Source: Octopus vulgaris
Taxonomy: Eukaryota
Assembly (NCBI GenBank): GCA_951406725.2
Contig: OX597815.1
Span: 23,126,001 to 23,190,000 of the forward strand
Direction: 5' to 3'
DNA: 64,000 nt
The translations under genes and the position numbers were made by a program. Below, piece after piece: positions 25,275 to 38,578 of this stretch; the first letter of the stretch is position 1; the number at the start of each line of letters is the position of its first letter. A model generated the notes under the pieces. That model did no database searches. It saw only the letters and a program-made list of their open reading frames with translations, and had not been told where the DNA came from.

Positions 25275-25761
25275 TGAATGATTGAATGACCAAATCCAAG
25301 CTTCTCTGTTAGTTCCTCAACAGTTATGATGGGATTTTGTTCCACCAGGGTTTGCAGGGCATCCTCTTTGAGCTCTTCAGATCTTCAAGGATGAGGTTCA
25401 TCTTCTAGGCTATAGTTTCCAGCTTGGAATTTCTGGAACCACCATTGACATTGGCTTATGCTTATTATCTGATCCCCATATAATGCATTAATATTCCTTG
25501 CACTTTCCATTGCATTGTTGCCTTTATTGAACTCATTAAGCAAAATATGCCAAATATACTCCTTTGTCATTTCCATCATAGCTTTGAAAAAATAACTCTT
25601 AAAATTGAACTGCACTCTTCCAAACTTGCACTAAGAATAAGCACAAGGTAAAATTACTACCTGCTTTTATAGCATGTTGATGCAGGTAGTTTATCCCATC
25701 CCCCTCCAACATTTTGTTCATGCGATTGAAAAAGCTGCATTATTTATGGGATGACCCAATA
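25275..25761 (-). mobile_element. Mariner transposon 5' fragment (TIR and HTH region of transposase, disrupted)
   Basis: ORF 25385..25615 (-) reads HILLNEFNKGNNAMESARNINALYG...QCQWWFQKFQAGNYSLEDEP and continues with EQNPIITVEELTEKLG, matching the mariner/SETMAR-type paired HTH. TIR TATTGGGTCATCCCATAAATAATGC begins at 25761. Confidence 0.85.
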
Positions 25762-27695
25762 TATATAGTCATGGAATGACAATTTGATTTGTCCCTGGTT
25801 CAATTCAGATACGTGATGTTGATAAACCACAAAATGAAGAAATATCTGTATTCATCACTCCTGAATGGGATTGGAGACAAGTTGTTTTGCCTTTCTATGA
25901 CTTTCAGGTGTTTTAACACCCAGCATGTGTATGAGTGTAAGTTGAAAACCCAACCAAAATGGATTATTTTCTATACATTTTAATCTGGCACCATAACTCC
26001 TGAGGGAGGTGTTATCATCTGACAGATAATAGTCATTAACAACCTTCCCTGACAGTTGACTCTCTCTTCCTCTTTAATGACTTCCAGTACATCCAATAAC
26101 TTACAACATACAGACATCCTAGACTGCATCCATACCACCACTACCCTATAAAGAAAGATCACCCAGTTGGCTGATATGAAGGATACCATGAACTGGCAGT
26201 TCTTGTACAATCCATGCACCTCAATTGACCCTCCTCCTCTTATCTATACTTCATTCCTACCAAGCCCCACATTAACCCATTAATGTCTTTATTCAGTCCT
26301 TCCTTTCCAAAATGTCAATCTTCTGGCATTTCTTTCTTGCATGATTTTCCTGCAATCATCATCTTGTTTTAAGAGATGTATTAACCATGCTAGTTTTGCT
26401 GGTGTCACAATGCTGAAAGCACAGCCAGTTCCTTCAAATCAAATTGTCATTCCATGACTATATATATTGGGTCATCCCATAAATAATGCAGCTTTTTTAA
26501 TTGCATGAACAAAAAGTTGGAGGGGGACGGGATAAACTACCTACATCAACTTACTATAAAAGCAGGTAGTAATTTTACTTTGTGCTTAGTCTTAGTGCAA
26601 TGATTCTGATTTCAGTCCCACTGTATGGCACTTTGGGCAAGTGCATCCTACTATAGTCCCAGGCTGGCCAAACCCTTGTGTATGTATGTATGTGATATAT
26701 ATAAATAAAGGTGACAAGTTGGCAGAATCATTAGTACACCAGACAAAATGCTTCTCACCATTTCTTTCAGTTTTACATTCTGAGTTCAAATTCTGCTGAG
26801 GTCAACTTTCTTTTATCTTTTCGGGGTTGATGAAAAAATAAGTACCAGTTGACCACTGGGCTCTTTGTAATCAACTAGCTCCTCCCCAACCAAATTTCAG
26901 GCTTTGTGCCTATAGTAGAAAGGATATGTCTAGACCATCAGAGAAAAACTTGGTCTACTGATGTGAGTTGTCTAGGAATAAACAAGACTATGCTTCCACT
27001 TTCTCTATTCATAATCAACATACAGTTAAAAACATTATCTACAAGTGCTAGACTTTATGAAATAATATTCTTTCTCGTTGAAATGACACATCTGTTATAT
27101 AGACAAGATTGCATCTCATGGATTGTGTTTCTTCTCAATGTCTAAAAAATACTTCAATCACGTAAGATCGCCCTTCAATCCTAATTGTACACTTAACAAA
27201 ACTACTTGCAATGTGATACAGCTCACTTATCTGATGTGCTTTTTATATCACATGCACATCTAAACAAATAAAAAGAGCTTCTCTGACTGATAGGCATAAT
27301 TCCATCCATCAACATACTTATGCTTTCTTTTCCACCACTACACAACGACCTCTGCTCTTTTGATTTAGCTTGCTGTGAAGCATCCTGCTCAGAGAGTGAG
27401 ACTTAATGTTCAGGTTTCTTCTCCTCTTGTTATCCCTATTGTCTTTGTTTCTCAAACCTTTCACTGTACTAAATCATCTCCCAAACTGTGACCCCCACCT
27501 CCTTGCTCATGTATTCATCCAGCCACCAACCTTCAGATGTTTCAAGCTAAACTTCACCCTTGGCATCTCTGAGCACTGAACATCTTCCCTAGAACAATGT
27601 TTAAAAATAAGCCTTTTATATTCTCTTTTCATAATTTAGTTATTTGATGTTTGAATCTAATCCATATCCATTAAAAAATATAATAAAAATACTTC

Positions 27696-27894
27696 CCCGT
27701 GCCGGTGGCATGTAAAAAGCACCTACTACACTCTCGGAGTGGTTGGCGTTAGGAAGGGCATCCAGCTGTAGAAACTCTGCCAAATCAAGATTGGAGCCTG
27801 GTGCAGCCATCTGGTTCGCCAGCCCTCAGTCAAAATCGTCCAACCCATGCTAGCATGGAAAGCGGACGTTAAATGATGATGATGATGATGATGA
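27696..27894 (+). mobile_element. RTE 3' UTR fragment
   Basis: Same family; ends (GAT)n. Confidence 0.85.
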
Positions 27895-28457
27895 CATAAT
27901 CTAAACTAAGAGAAGTGTATACACTGTACATTCTCCATTCGCTAACTTTGTATATTTGGTGAAAATATTTTCAGATATAAGAAAGTTGTTAATGTAAAAA
28001 GCCCATTTGCTATGTAGCTCTTTCGTATTATTGAAAAAGCATTTCAATCCTTGTTCAATTTTGATCTGACGACAATGGTCTTTCTGCTTTGTTGCTAACT
28101 ATGTATTATATTGCTTATGCCATTGGTTTTGACAATTAAATGACTGAAAGAGAATCTAAATTCTTCCCCCACTTACCTCATGTTTATGTTATTGACTTCA
28201 TTTTGTTGCCTTATCTTTCTAAATTTGAAAATAACATTAAAAGTATTAGCTTGTTCTTTAAAAACACCACTAGGACGTCACTAAATTTAAATTAAAAATA
28301 TTTTGTTCCACCTTTCTATTTCAAATGAAACGTCATTTCATTATTTTTTTATTGTGTCAGATATGTGTATTTCGTTATTAAACAAAACCAGTAATTTTTA
28401 ATTAAAAGAATTTTTGTAATACTTTTTGTAATATTTTTTTCTTTTCTATTTTTTAGA

Positions 28458-28618
28458 ATGTCTGGCTATGTTGGGTGTATTGTCTCTTTGGACTGTGGTG
28501 ATATGCTTGGTAACTTTCAAGGCCAGGTGAAGTGTGTCAACAATAGTAATCAGACTATTACTATTGATAATTGTTATAGAAATGGCATTGCTTGCGAACA
28601 TCCAGAAATAACAATTTC
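28458..28618 (+). CDS. EDC3: EDC3 coding exon 1 (LSm domain)
   Basis: TTTTAG|A-ATG; reads MSGYVGCIVSLDCGDMLGNFQGQVKCVNNSNQTITIDNCYRNGIACEHPEITI, matching the metazoan EDC3 N-terminus. Donor GTAAGT at 28619, phase 2. Absent from the ORF track. Confidence 0.93.
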
Positions 28619-29063
28619 GTAAGTAAATTTATTTTGCATTTTTTATAAAATTAATTTTATCTTTGGATTAATTTCTCTCCCTCTAGAATCATTGTTATGT
28701 GCAATGTAGGGCAAGGGGTTGACAGGATCATTAAAGTTGGAAAAATGACTTGTGGTGTTTGTTCAGCATATATATTTTTTTGTTCTGTGTTGAAATTCTA
28801 CTAAATTCAACTTACCTTTCCTCCTTTTGGGGGTCAATGAAATAAAATACTAGTAAAGTGTTGGGGTAATTCTATTGATTAATTTCCTTCTCTGGCTGTG
28901 TAGTTAAGAAGTCCACTTCCCTACCGCATGGTTTCAGGTTTAGTCCCACTTCATGCCACTTTGGGTAAATGTCTTCTACTAAAGCCCTGGGCCAATCAAA
29001 GCTTTGAGAGTGGATCTGGTAGACAAAAACTGAAAGAAGCTTGTGTGTGTGTGTGTATGTGTA

Positions 29064-30888
29064 CTAGCAATGCATCCCAGCGTTACCCAGGTATTATGAT
29101 CTACAGCCACATAGTATTATTTGTTCCTTTCTTATGAGCAGAACCAGCACAGCTGATATATAGTGGACTGGATTACTGGTTTGTTTAAAAGTGAAGTGGT
29201 GGGTACAATTTACATGGGTTTGCATGAAAGTGCTTTCTGTTCTTAAGAAGGATCACAAACTATGTATAAAAGGGGGTTAATGTGATTTTGCCCAGAAATC
29301 ATGTATTCAAAATTTTAATTCCCCCACCCGTCCCCACTGCAAATTCTTAATTTTGAATTTTTTTTTTTTAACCATGTAGAAAAATACAGAGATTACAAAT
29401 CTGGGAAATATTCTTTTTTTTTTTTTAAAGTTTAATTTTTCTTAAAGAAACACTCAATGCCCCTTCCCCCATCTCACCTACCCGCTTTCAAAATGCTAAA
29501 GCCTCCTAGTGTTTCACTTGCGTCTGGTGTTTCACACATGCGTAGAACTGTACTGAAATAGCAGATGTAAAAAATACCAGACCACCACCAGAAAACCTGA
29601 CATGCTAGAAACAACAGGTAAACAACATTATTTCTGAAGAAATTTCCCTGCTTTCTGAAAAAGCTAAAAGTGAAACATTGGGTGCTTGTAGCTTTTTGAA
29701 AGTGGTGAGGTGATGGTTAGAAGTTTGGGAAGAAAATTCTTAAAGATTCATACTCTCTGGGTTTTTTTTCCATGGATTACCAAGAAAAAAATTTTGGAAA
29801 AAGTTAAAAAAATGAAGAAATTGGGGTGGAGAGGGAGAAAATTAAAATATTGAGAACGTGTTTTTTGGGCAAAATCCTAATCTCTTGTATTGAAAACATA
29901 GTAATCAGAAGAAATATAGGAAAAAAATAAGTGGGGGTGCAAATGTTACCTCAGATATGCTAGAAACAAGGGGTAAAGGACAGGATTTCTGGGAAAACTT
30001 CCTTTTAAGTTTGTATCAAAGATCAGGTTTTTAAATATGCTCATTGCAAACACAAATTACAGAATAGAAAAAAGTTAATTTCAATTGGATTTGAGCTGCA
30101 ATTTTATGTGTGTACACAGCAAGAAATAACATAATTCATACAGAAGTTTTACCCAGTGTGCGTGTGTGCGCCAAAGGAAGTAATTTTATGGCATTCTTTC
30201 ATTTGAAGCAGCAAAGTTGTCAACTCAATCATATGGGATCATATGATTGTTAATTTCTGTAAAAATTATTCATTTCATTATGCTTTGAAGAGAGGAGAAA
30301 GTGAAAGATGTATGTATATGTATATGAAATGGATGTGTGTGTGTGTGCATGAGAGATATAAAAAGAGTGAGTGAGTGAAGGCATATATTGTCATGTATGT
30401 ATTTTTTTTCATGTATGTGTAAGTGGCACTCAGTTGCTTCCTCTCTCTCTCTCACATGCACACATGCACATTTCATATACATTTACATAAATACATATGC
30501 ATACATCTTTTTTGTGTGTGTGTGTGCATGTGTGAGAGTGAGTGAGTGACTATATTTTCTCATAACATATAGAAAAATGGATGTCTTTTAATGAGTAACC
30601 AATTCGGAGAAACATTACTTTCGTTATTCACACATTGTCGCACTTGTAATGCAATACTTTCTTATGAAACTTCTTATGAAACTTGGTTGTTGTAAAGCAG
30701 TGTCTCAAATAACTATAGCTGTTTGTTGAGATAACATAGAAAATATGTAAATGAAAATAAAGTTTATTTGGTAGCCGAAAGATTACTGACTCTTTTGATA
30801 CCCCATACATCAAAGTCAGTAACTCAGTTTCCGAATGTATAAGGAACATATGCAATCACACACACAAACTCTCTTTTATATATATAGA
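29064..30888 (-). mobile_element. About 1.8 kb non-autonomous Helitron-like element
   Basis: The minus strand begins TCTATATATATAAAAGAG (about 30888) and ends with a degenerate hairpin plus CTAG|T (29067-29063). It is inserted in the microsatellite of a SINE starting at about 28893. Confidence 0.6.
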
Positions 30889-31283
30889 TATATAGATATC
30901 CAACTTAACATAGATGTCTTGTTAGAACACAGAATACTGCCTTATTAGCCTTGAGAGATTCACTCATATAGGTGCATGGTGCAGAGGAGAATTGTCTGTA
31001 ATGGGTGCTGGAATTCCCATATCTCCTGATTTCATTCTGCTGGGAATCATCAGTGAGAAGCATCCAGTCATTGCATGCCAGTGAAATTTTGCTGGTAAAA
31101 TATACAGGATATCAGCATCTTTTTAGACACTGATGTTGCAAATAGCCAGTAGGCTTATTAGTAATGAAATATTAGTGATAGAAGTAGTGTTAATACCAAA
31201 AAGTGAATTTTTATATCTAACTTAACATGGATGTCTTGTTCAAATATTGTGTTATTAGCCATGAGAGGCTAATAATTAACACA

Positions 31284-31482
31284 CATCATCATCATCGTTT
31301 AACGTCCGTTTTCCATGCTAGCATGGGTTGGACGGTTCGACCGGGGATCTGGGAAGCCAGAAGGCTGCACCAGGTTCCAGTCTGATCTGGCAGTGTTTCT
31401 ACAGCTGGATTCCCTTCCTAATGCCAACCACTCCGTGAGTGTAGTGGGTGCTTTTTACGTGCCACCGGCACAAGTGCCAGGT
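31284..31482 (-). mobile_element. RTE 3' UTR fragment
   Basis: Same family. Confidence 0.85.
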
Positions 31483-31894
31483 GAGATATATTTGTAGGTG
31501 TGTATAGTCGTGCCTCTTTGTCTTGACATGATATGATAGGTGTATATGAGTATCAGTATCATATCTCTTGTTAAAGTATTTCCAACCATGGGTAAATATT
31601 ACCTTGCTTGGAAACTAGTAAGGGTTGATGACAGGAGAGGCATGAGGCCATAGAAAATCTGCTGCAATTGTTTATTTCTTAGTAACTTAGTGGCTCCGCA
31701 GAAAAGACTTATACAATAAGTACCAAGCTTTAAAATATAGGTACTGGGGTTGATTGTTCTATTGTATATTTCAAGATGATGTCACAGTATGGTGATAAGT
31801 CAATAATTGAAGCAAGTAAATGGTTTGTAAGGTGGTAATATTGCTATATTGATTAATACTACTAACAAATAGTTAAATAAAGTTACTGGAGATA

Positions 31895-31949
<55 letters not shown>

Positions 31950-32028
31950 AAATATATATGAACGATGATGATGATGATGATGTGTATAATGATGATGATG
32001 ATGATATATATATATATATATATACATA

Positions 32029-32209
32029 TGGCACGTAAAAGCACCCACTACACTCTCGGAGTGGTTGGCGTTAGGAAGGGCATCCAACTGTAGAAACTCT
32101 GCCAGATCAAGATTGGAGCCTGGTGCAGTCATCTGGTTCATCAGTCCTCAGTCAAATTGTCCAACCCATGCTAGCATGGAAAGCAGACGTTAAACGATGA
32201 TGATGATGA
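32029..32209 (+). mobile_element. RTE 3' UTR fragment
   Basis: Same family; inverted relative to 31284-31482. Confidence 0.85.
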
Positions 32210-32391
32210 TATGTATATACATATGGTTAGTAGAGTTAGAGGTTGGAATAGCTGTCTGAGGGATAAAAATATCCGTTATATTACCAGTATAATTACCTAT
32301 GTTAACCCTGGGCATACATATGCAAGCACATTATGCTCATAAATTATAGGCAATGTCAAAGATAAACACGAGTTAATCATGAATCGAATTT

Positions 32392-32708
32392 AAAGTAAAC
32401 AGAAAATGGAGAAATATTGATCAACAACAATTGACTTACATCAATTATTATTTTTTATTTCAATACAAATAGACTAATGCGTGTAGGAGCTAAAGATCTA
32501 TATATATATATATAGCGAGAAGTTGAGGTTATAAGAGATAATGGTGTCATTGAGACCCAAATGTGTCAGGTAATGCTGAATAAGTGGTATAGATAGACCA
32601 TAGTTTTTTTTTCAATACAAATAGACTGCAGTCTATTTGTATTGAAATAAAAAATAATAACTGATGTAAGTCAGTTGTTGTTGATCAATGTTTCTCCATT
32701 TTGTGTTT

Positions 32709-32776
<68 letters not shown>

Positions 32777-33283
32777 AATTTTTTGCGTAATGAGATAAAA
32801 AAACCAGGGCTGTATAGATATTAGAGCATAGATCTATATATAGATCTATCTATTTATAAATGCTCTAATATCTATAAAGCCTTGATTTTTTTTATCTTAT
32901 TACGCAAAAAATTCTTATATACACATGTTGACATAGAACCAAAGTTGAACCCTTTATTCGCAATATTACCGAATCTGGAACTTAACTATGGTCTGTCTAT
33001 AGCACTTATTCAGCATTACCTGACACATTTGGGTCTCAATGACACCATTATCTATTATAACATCAACTTCTCGCTATATCTATATATATATATATATATA
33101 GATCGTTAGCTCCTACACGCATTTTTTTCTCTCCTTGTTTTTTTCTGTGTCCCTTTCTGTAGAAAAGCATAGGCTCGAAACGTAAAGACTTTTTCTATTT
33201 CTGAGCGCTATACTAATACATTTGTTTGTTTGTACTCCACATGCCTTCGTCTTTTGTTTATTTTCGTAAACTTTCCCTTTATA
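32392..33283. mobile_element. Penelope-like rearranged element with nested inversions and a degenerate hammerhead
   Basis: Inverted pairs 32392-32475/32630-32713, 32477-32605/32984-33122 and 32777-32829/32860-32913, plus a hammerhead-like motif at 33153-33187. Confidence 0.5.
33153..33187 (+). ncRNA. Degenerate minimal type I hammerhead motif
   Basis: CUUU-CUGUAGA-AAAGC(AUAG)GCUC-GAAACGUA-AAG. It has a palindromic ACGU stem III, an A6U core change and a stem II mismatch. Confidence 0.45.
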
Positions 33284-33557
33284 TATATGGTTAAATCATC
33301 AATTTCCTGCTACAGGCATTTATTTCTGTATCGTGGTGAGTGTGTTAGTGTTTGTCTCAGTTTATCTAACCAGAGAATAAACACTTGGCCCAAAGCCTTG
33401 CACCTCTCATATTCTGGTATATTAGAAGGAAACATTCTACTTTCTGGAATAGTAACTTAAGAATATTTTCTTCTGATGTTACTGTAGGTTTAAGGCGGCA
33501 ATCAGGTAGAATCATTAGCATGCCAGGCAAAATGCTTAGCAGCATTTTGTCTGTCTT

Positions 33558-33925
33558 GCCCAGTTTGGCGAACTCTCCACCGGCCACCAAGTGAGAGGAG
33601 CTCTGAGAAAGCGATACAAAGACTGCCTCAAGAAGTCTCTAACAGCATGTCATATTAACCACCAATGCTGGTCAGACCTGGCTGCGGACCGTGATGTCTG
33701 GTGCCACACGATCTTCAATGCAGTCGGCAAGTTTGAGGAACAAAGAAGAGACGCAGGAGGAAGGCGCGAGCTGCCTCTGACACCACACTGGATGTTACCT
33801 TCGTCTGTGGACACTGCTCACGGACCTGCCTTTCCCATATTGAACTTGTCAGTCATGAGCGTGCATGCACGCGACATGGACAGCCTTCCTGATCTTCGTT
33901 CGCAAAGATGGGCCATGATGGTGAC
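33558..33925 (+). mobile_element. 3' end of a second RTE (BovB-like) family inserted into a tRNA-SINE
   Basis: Reads RGALRKRYKDCLKKSL...WSDLAADRDVW, with a frameshifted CGHCSRTCLSHIELVSHERAC zinc finger. SINE halves lie at about 33495-33557 and 33926-34070. Confidence 0.75.
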
Positions 33926-34197
33926 ATTGAGTTCAAATTCCAATTAAAGTTGACTTTGCCTTTCATCCTTTCAAGGTTGATAAAATAGGTACCAGTTGAG
34001 CACTGGGGTTGATGTAACTGACTTGCTCCCTCCTCCGAAATTGCTGGCCTTGTGTCAAAATTTGAAACCAATATTACTCTAGGCTAAACTAATACTATCA
34101 GCATTGAATTGTAATGATACATGTTATTCTACAATCTATATATCTTGCACAATATTGCTTTACAATGAAGAAGTATTTCTATCTTTATTATTTTCAG

Positions 34198-34469
34198 TGC
34201 TGGAGACATCAGAGAACTATCCATCTTGAAGTCAGCAGAAGATGCCCGAGATATTCTCTCTATCCAGTCAACCCCATCCAAATTTACAAAGGAACAGATG
34301 GAAGCTATTTGTGGTGGAACAGCTTCTCCTGTTAAAGTAGTATCATGTAACGACAATTATAACCAAAGCCGCACACCATCCAAAGACAAGAATTCACAGT
34401 GGAACAACGGAAACCATCGTCGTACTCCAACTAATAAAGATGATCACTTGAAACAACGCCGAAACTCAG
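34198..34469 (+). CDS. EDC3: EDC3 coding exon 2 (end of LSm domain and low-complexity linker)
   Basis: TTTTCAG|; completes Ser, then AGDIRELSILK (EDC3 AGDIxELxILx). Donor G|GTAGCT, phase 1. Confidence 0.88.
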
Positions 34470-34531
34470 GTAGCTTCAGGCATCATTTATACTCAAACAA
34501 TTTTAGTTCTATTTTATTGAGTCTGGTACAT

Positions 34532-35466
34532 GAATTTGTATTTAAAAAAATAAAAAAATAGCCAAAAATATATTAATTTTTGCCACTTTCAGATCACATT
34601 CAGCCATTCATAGAATCATTTACCATGACAAACTTACTTCTGAAATTGCTAATTGACAACGTATGAAATTGTGTAAGTGTCTCACATGGTAAAATAATTT
34701 TTCAACACATACTTGAAGCTGTTTCAGTAATAATGTAGTAACATTTCAAGAGAAACAAGTGTTTATCTGATCAGACATTCACTGTGACTTTCATTAACTT
34801 GGTCCACATGCTTTAAACCAGTGCTTTTCAAACTTTTTGCTGGAGCGGAACCCCAAGGAAACATTCCACTGGCTCGAGGAACCCCTGTGCAATAATTTAA
34901 TAGTCTTATGCACATATATCTGCACAGGAGACTTAAAAATTACTGCCGATTTTAACAGTTTTGTAACTTCTTGCGGAACCCCTGCACTGTACTGGCAGAA
35001 CCCTGGTTGAAAACCACTGCTTTAAACTATTGAAAGCACTTCTTCCCTGTGAATCATGTAACAAAAGACAACTTGGTGTGATATAATGTGTGTATGTGTG
35101 CATACACACATAATTCTAATGACTCCCTATATCATATAGATATCAGTTGCTGGGTGATTCACAGGGAGGAAGTACTTTGAATAGTTTGAGGCATGTGGAC
35201 CAAGGTAATGAAAGCCACAGTGAGTGTCAGATCAGATAAACACTTGTTTCTCTTGAAATGTTACTACATTGTTACTGAAACAGCTTCAAGTATGTGTTGA
35301 AAAATTATCTTACCATGTGAGACACACAATTTCATATGTTGTCAATTAGCAATTTCAGAAGTAAATTTGTCATGGTAAATGATTCTACGAATAGCTGAAT
35401 GTGATCTGAAAGTGGCAAGAATTAACATATTTTCGGCTATTTTTTATTTTTTTTTAATACAAATTC
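34532..35466. repeat. Foldback element with about 315 bp inverted arms
   Basis: 34532-34818 plus 35028-35056 is the reverse complement of 35155-35466 with scattered mismatches. The left arm is interrupted by a hAT MITE. Confidence 0.9.
34819..35019. mobile_element. hAT (Charlie-like) MITE
   Basis: TIRs CAGTGCTTTTCAA / TTGAAAACCACTG and an 8 bp TSD CTTTAAAC (34811-34818, 35020-35027). Confidence 0.85.
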
Positions 35467-36541
35467 CTTTAGTGAGAATGGAAGATAGCTATCTTTAAAT
35501 ATTTGTTATATTTACTTATTCCACAAGACTTCACTCTTACTGAAGTTTTAATAGTTCTGAGTTTTCATCATTAGACATAACACCTTTACTAACTTAAAAT
35601 ATTGTTGTTTTTTTTAAATCCATTTTACACTAATTCCTCTTCATGTATCATTATGTACTCATTTCTACAAAAATTTTTGAATCTAGGATGGAATATCTGA
35701 TTGTACTCAGTATTCAGTATTTTCTGTAAAATTGTTGGCATTAGGAAGGTCATCCAGCTGTAGAAATCAAATCAAAACAGACTATGGAATCTGATGTGGC
35801 CCCTAGCCTTACCAGCTCTTGTCAAGCCCTTGCCACAATGGAAAACAAATGTTAAATGATGCTGATGATGATTCAACATTAATTATAGAACTGCAATTCT
35901 ATACCCATCAGTTATTACTAGGGTGGTCAAGATGAATTCAGCTGTTAATTTCAACTTCTATCTTTTTATTTACATTATATTTCCATTGCTGCATTCTCTG
36001 ATTATACTTGATCACCATTATTTTTCTCACACGATGGCAAGTGACTGAAACCTTTCGTGATATGCTGTGCTTGAGAAGACACGTCAAGTGAAGTGAAATC
36101 ATAATCATGGTTAATGCCAGTGGCATGTAAAAGCACCCAGCACACTCTGTAAAGTGGTTGGCATTAGGAAGGGCATTCAGCTGTAGAAACTATGCCAAAG
36201 CAAACTGGAACTTGGTGTAGCGCTCTGACTTACCAGTTCCAGTCGAACCATCTAAGCCATGCTAGCATGGAAAGCAGATGCTAAATAATGATAAGGATAA
36301 TGATGATGATGAGACAGAAATAAACCTATAGTTGACTTCTGTTTGACATATAGGTGCAAAATGGAAAAACAGGTGTCAAGGTTTTGTTTATCAAAAACCA
36401 TACAGCATTAGGCTCTACCTAATTAGTAACAACTAGCAACTGATAACATTGTTAAAATTTCTTTTAAGTCCAAACATTCTGTTGTGTAGTTCTGCTTGCT
36501 GTTAAGCTGTTAATTGTTGTGGGAGAAACATTTTGTTACTA

Positions 36542-36750
36542 ATGATAGTGGATATATAATATTTATAATTACACTAATTTTATTAAAACTAACCACTTGT
36601 CATATTGTTAAATAATTTTATTGATAATTAATAAAACTGGATTGTTATGATAGTGGATATATTGTATTTCTAATTACTAATTTTGTTAAAACTAATCACT
36701 TGTCATATTGGTAAATAATTTTATTGATAATTAATAAAACTGGATTGTTG
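36542..36750. repeat. Tandem duplication of a roughly 105 bp AT-rich unit
   Basis: ATGATAGTGGATAT...AATTAATAAAACTGGATTGTT occurs twice in succession. Confidence 0.8.
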
Positions 36751-37635
36751 TATACATTAACTCAACTAATATTTTTTGCATGTAAATTCGATCTTCTCCA
36801 TACATGTTATTGTATTATTGGTTTTCATCTTAACATACATATCTTGAATTTACAGCTCTACTCACATTTGTCTGTTTAATATCCTTAGGAGGGGACATTG
36901 GAGCTAAAACTAAACTATTAGAGAATAAGAGTAAACTACAGAATTTGCAAGGTATTTATAACTGCTGATTTAGGTAGTGAGAAAACAAAGTGTGGTGTGT
37001 ATATATGTTGCTAATGCAAAATAGTGCAATTGTAGTGTAATTGTGTCTTTGCTGGCAGATTGCTTATGTGTATAGTGCTTCTATTTTCACCCATAAATTG
37101 GCATTAAATGCACTCTATGTAATTAAAATGTAACTGCCCCCCGCCAAAAAAAAAAAAACCCAGCCTAAATAATAGCAGTAGTAGAGATAACATGTAAGCT
37201 TATCAGTGTATGTATGTGTGTGTATGTGTGTGTGTCTTACACACTAAGGAAATATTTTAGGTTTTGGTGTTATTTCGTTCTGTATATGCTACTGGTATTT
37301 GCTTGATATTAATAATATCATTAATATTGTTTTAATATTTGTTTACTGTATCGTATCATCAATTAGAATCCTTTGTCAATCTATCTGTGAGGCCTTCTGA
37401 AATCTGACTTCATCACATTTTACTCTTTAACAGACACCTTTTAATATCAACTTACAGTCCTTTTTCACTAAGCACTCATCATCCATTCAGATCACGGGTT
37501 TATACCAGAATAGTTATCTCTTGAGTATAACTTTAATAGTCTCCTTCCCCACTCTCTCTCTTTCTCTCTCCACACTTGGGCTCAATTTTTTAATGCAAAT
37601 TAATACACTCAACAGATTATACTTAATTAGATTCT

Positions 37636-38578
37636 TCATCAACATCATTGTTTAACGTCTGTTTTCCATACTGGCTTGGGTTGGGCGGTTTGACTGAGGT
37701 CTGGAGAGACAGTGGCTACACCAGGCTCCAATCTGATCAGGCAAAGTTTTTACAGCTGGATGCCCTTCCTAACACCAACCACTCTGAGAATGTAGTGGGT
37801 GCTTTTTATGTGCCACCAGCACAGAAGCCAGTCAGGCGGACCTGGCATCAATGATGTTTGGATGGTGGTACTGGCATTGGCCATGTTCAGTTGGTATTTT
37901 TTACCTGCCACCAGCACGGGAGCCAGTCAGGCAGACCTGGCATCAACCATGTTCAGACGGTGCTTTTTATGTGCCACTAGCATAGGAGCCAGTCTCACTT
38001 TAGTTGCCAGATCTTCACAATCGCAGCATGTCTCCAAAGGTCCCGGTCTCCTGTCATTGCCTCTGAGGCCTGATATTCAAAGGTCATGCTTCACCACCTC
38101 ATCCCATGTCTTCCTGGGTCTACCTCTTCCTCAAGTTCCTTCTATAGTTAGTGAGTGGCACTTCCTCACACAGATGTCTTCATTCATACATAACATATGA
38201 CCATACCAGTGCAGTCGCCTCTCTTGCATACCACATTTGATACTTCTTATGTCCAACTTTTCTGTTGTGTATGCACACTGACATTACACATTCAGCGGAT
38301 CATAATAGCTTTATTTCTTTCAAGCCTACACGTCCTCTGCATTCATGGCCCAGGTTTCACTGCCGTGTAGCATGGCAGTTCACACACATGCCTCATACAG
38401 TCTACCTTTTACCCTGAGCAAGAGGGCCTTTGTTGCCGGCAGAGGTAGGAGCTCCTTGAACTTTGCCCAGGCTATTCTTATTCTAGTCACTACACTCTCA
38501 TAGCAACCATCCCCACTATAGACTTGGTCGTCTAGGTAGCAGAAGCTATTATCTACTTCTAGTTTCTCCCCCTGGCAT
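37636..38578 (-). mobile_element. 5'-truncated RTE LINE (ORF end plus 3' UTR)
   Basis: The minus strand runs from GEKLEVDNSFCYL through the RGRPRKTW region into the shared 3' UTR and (GAT)n-like tail. This links the short repeats to the RTE ORF. Confidence 0.85.
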
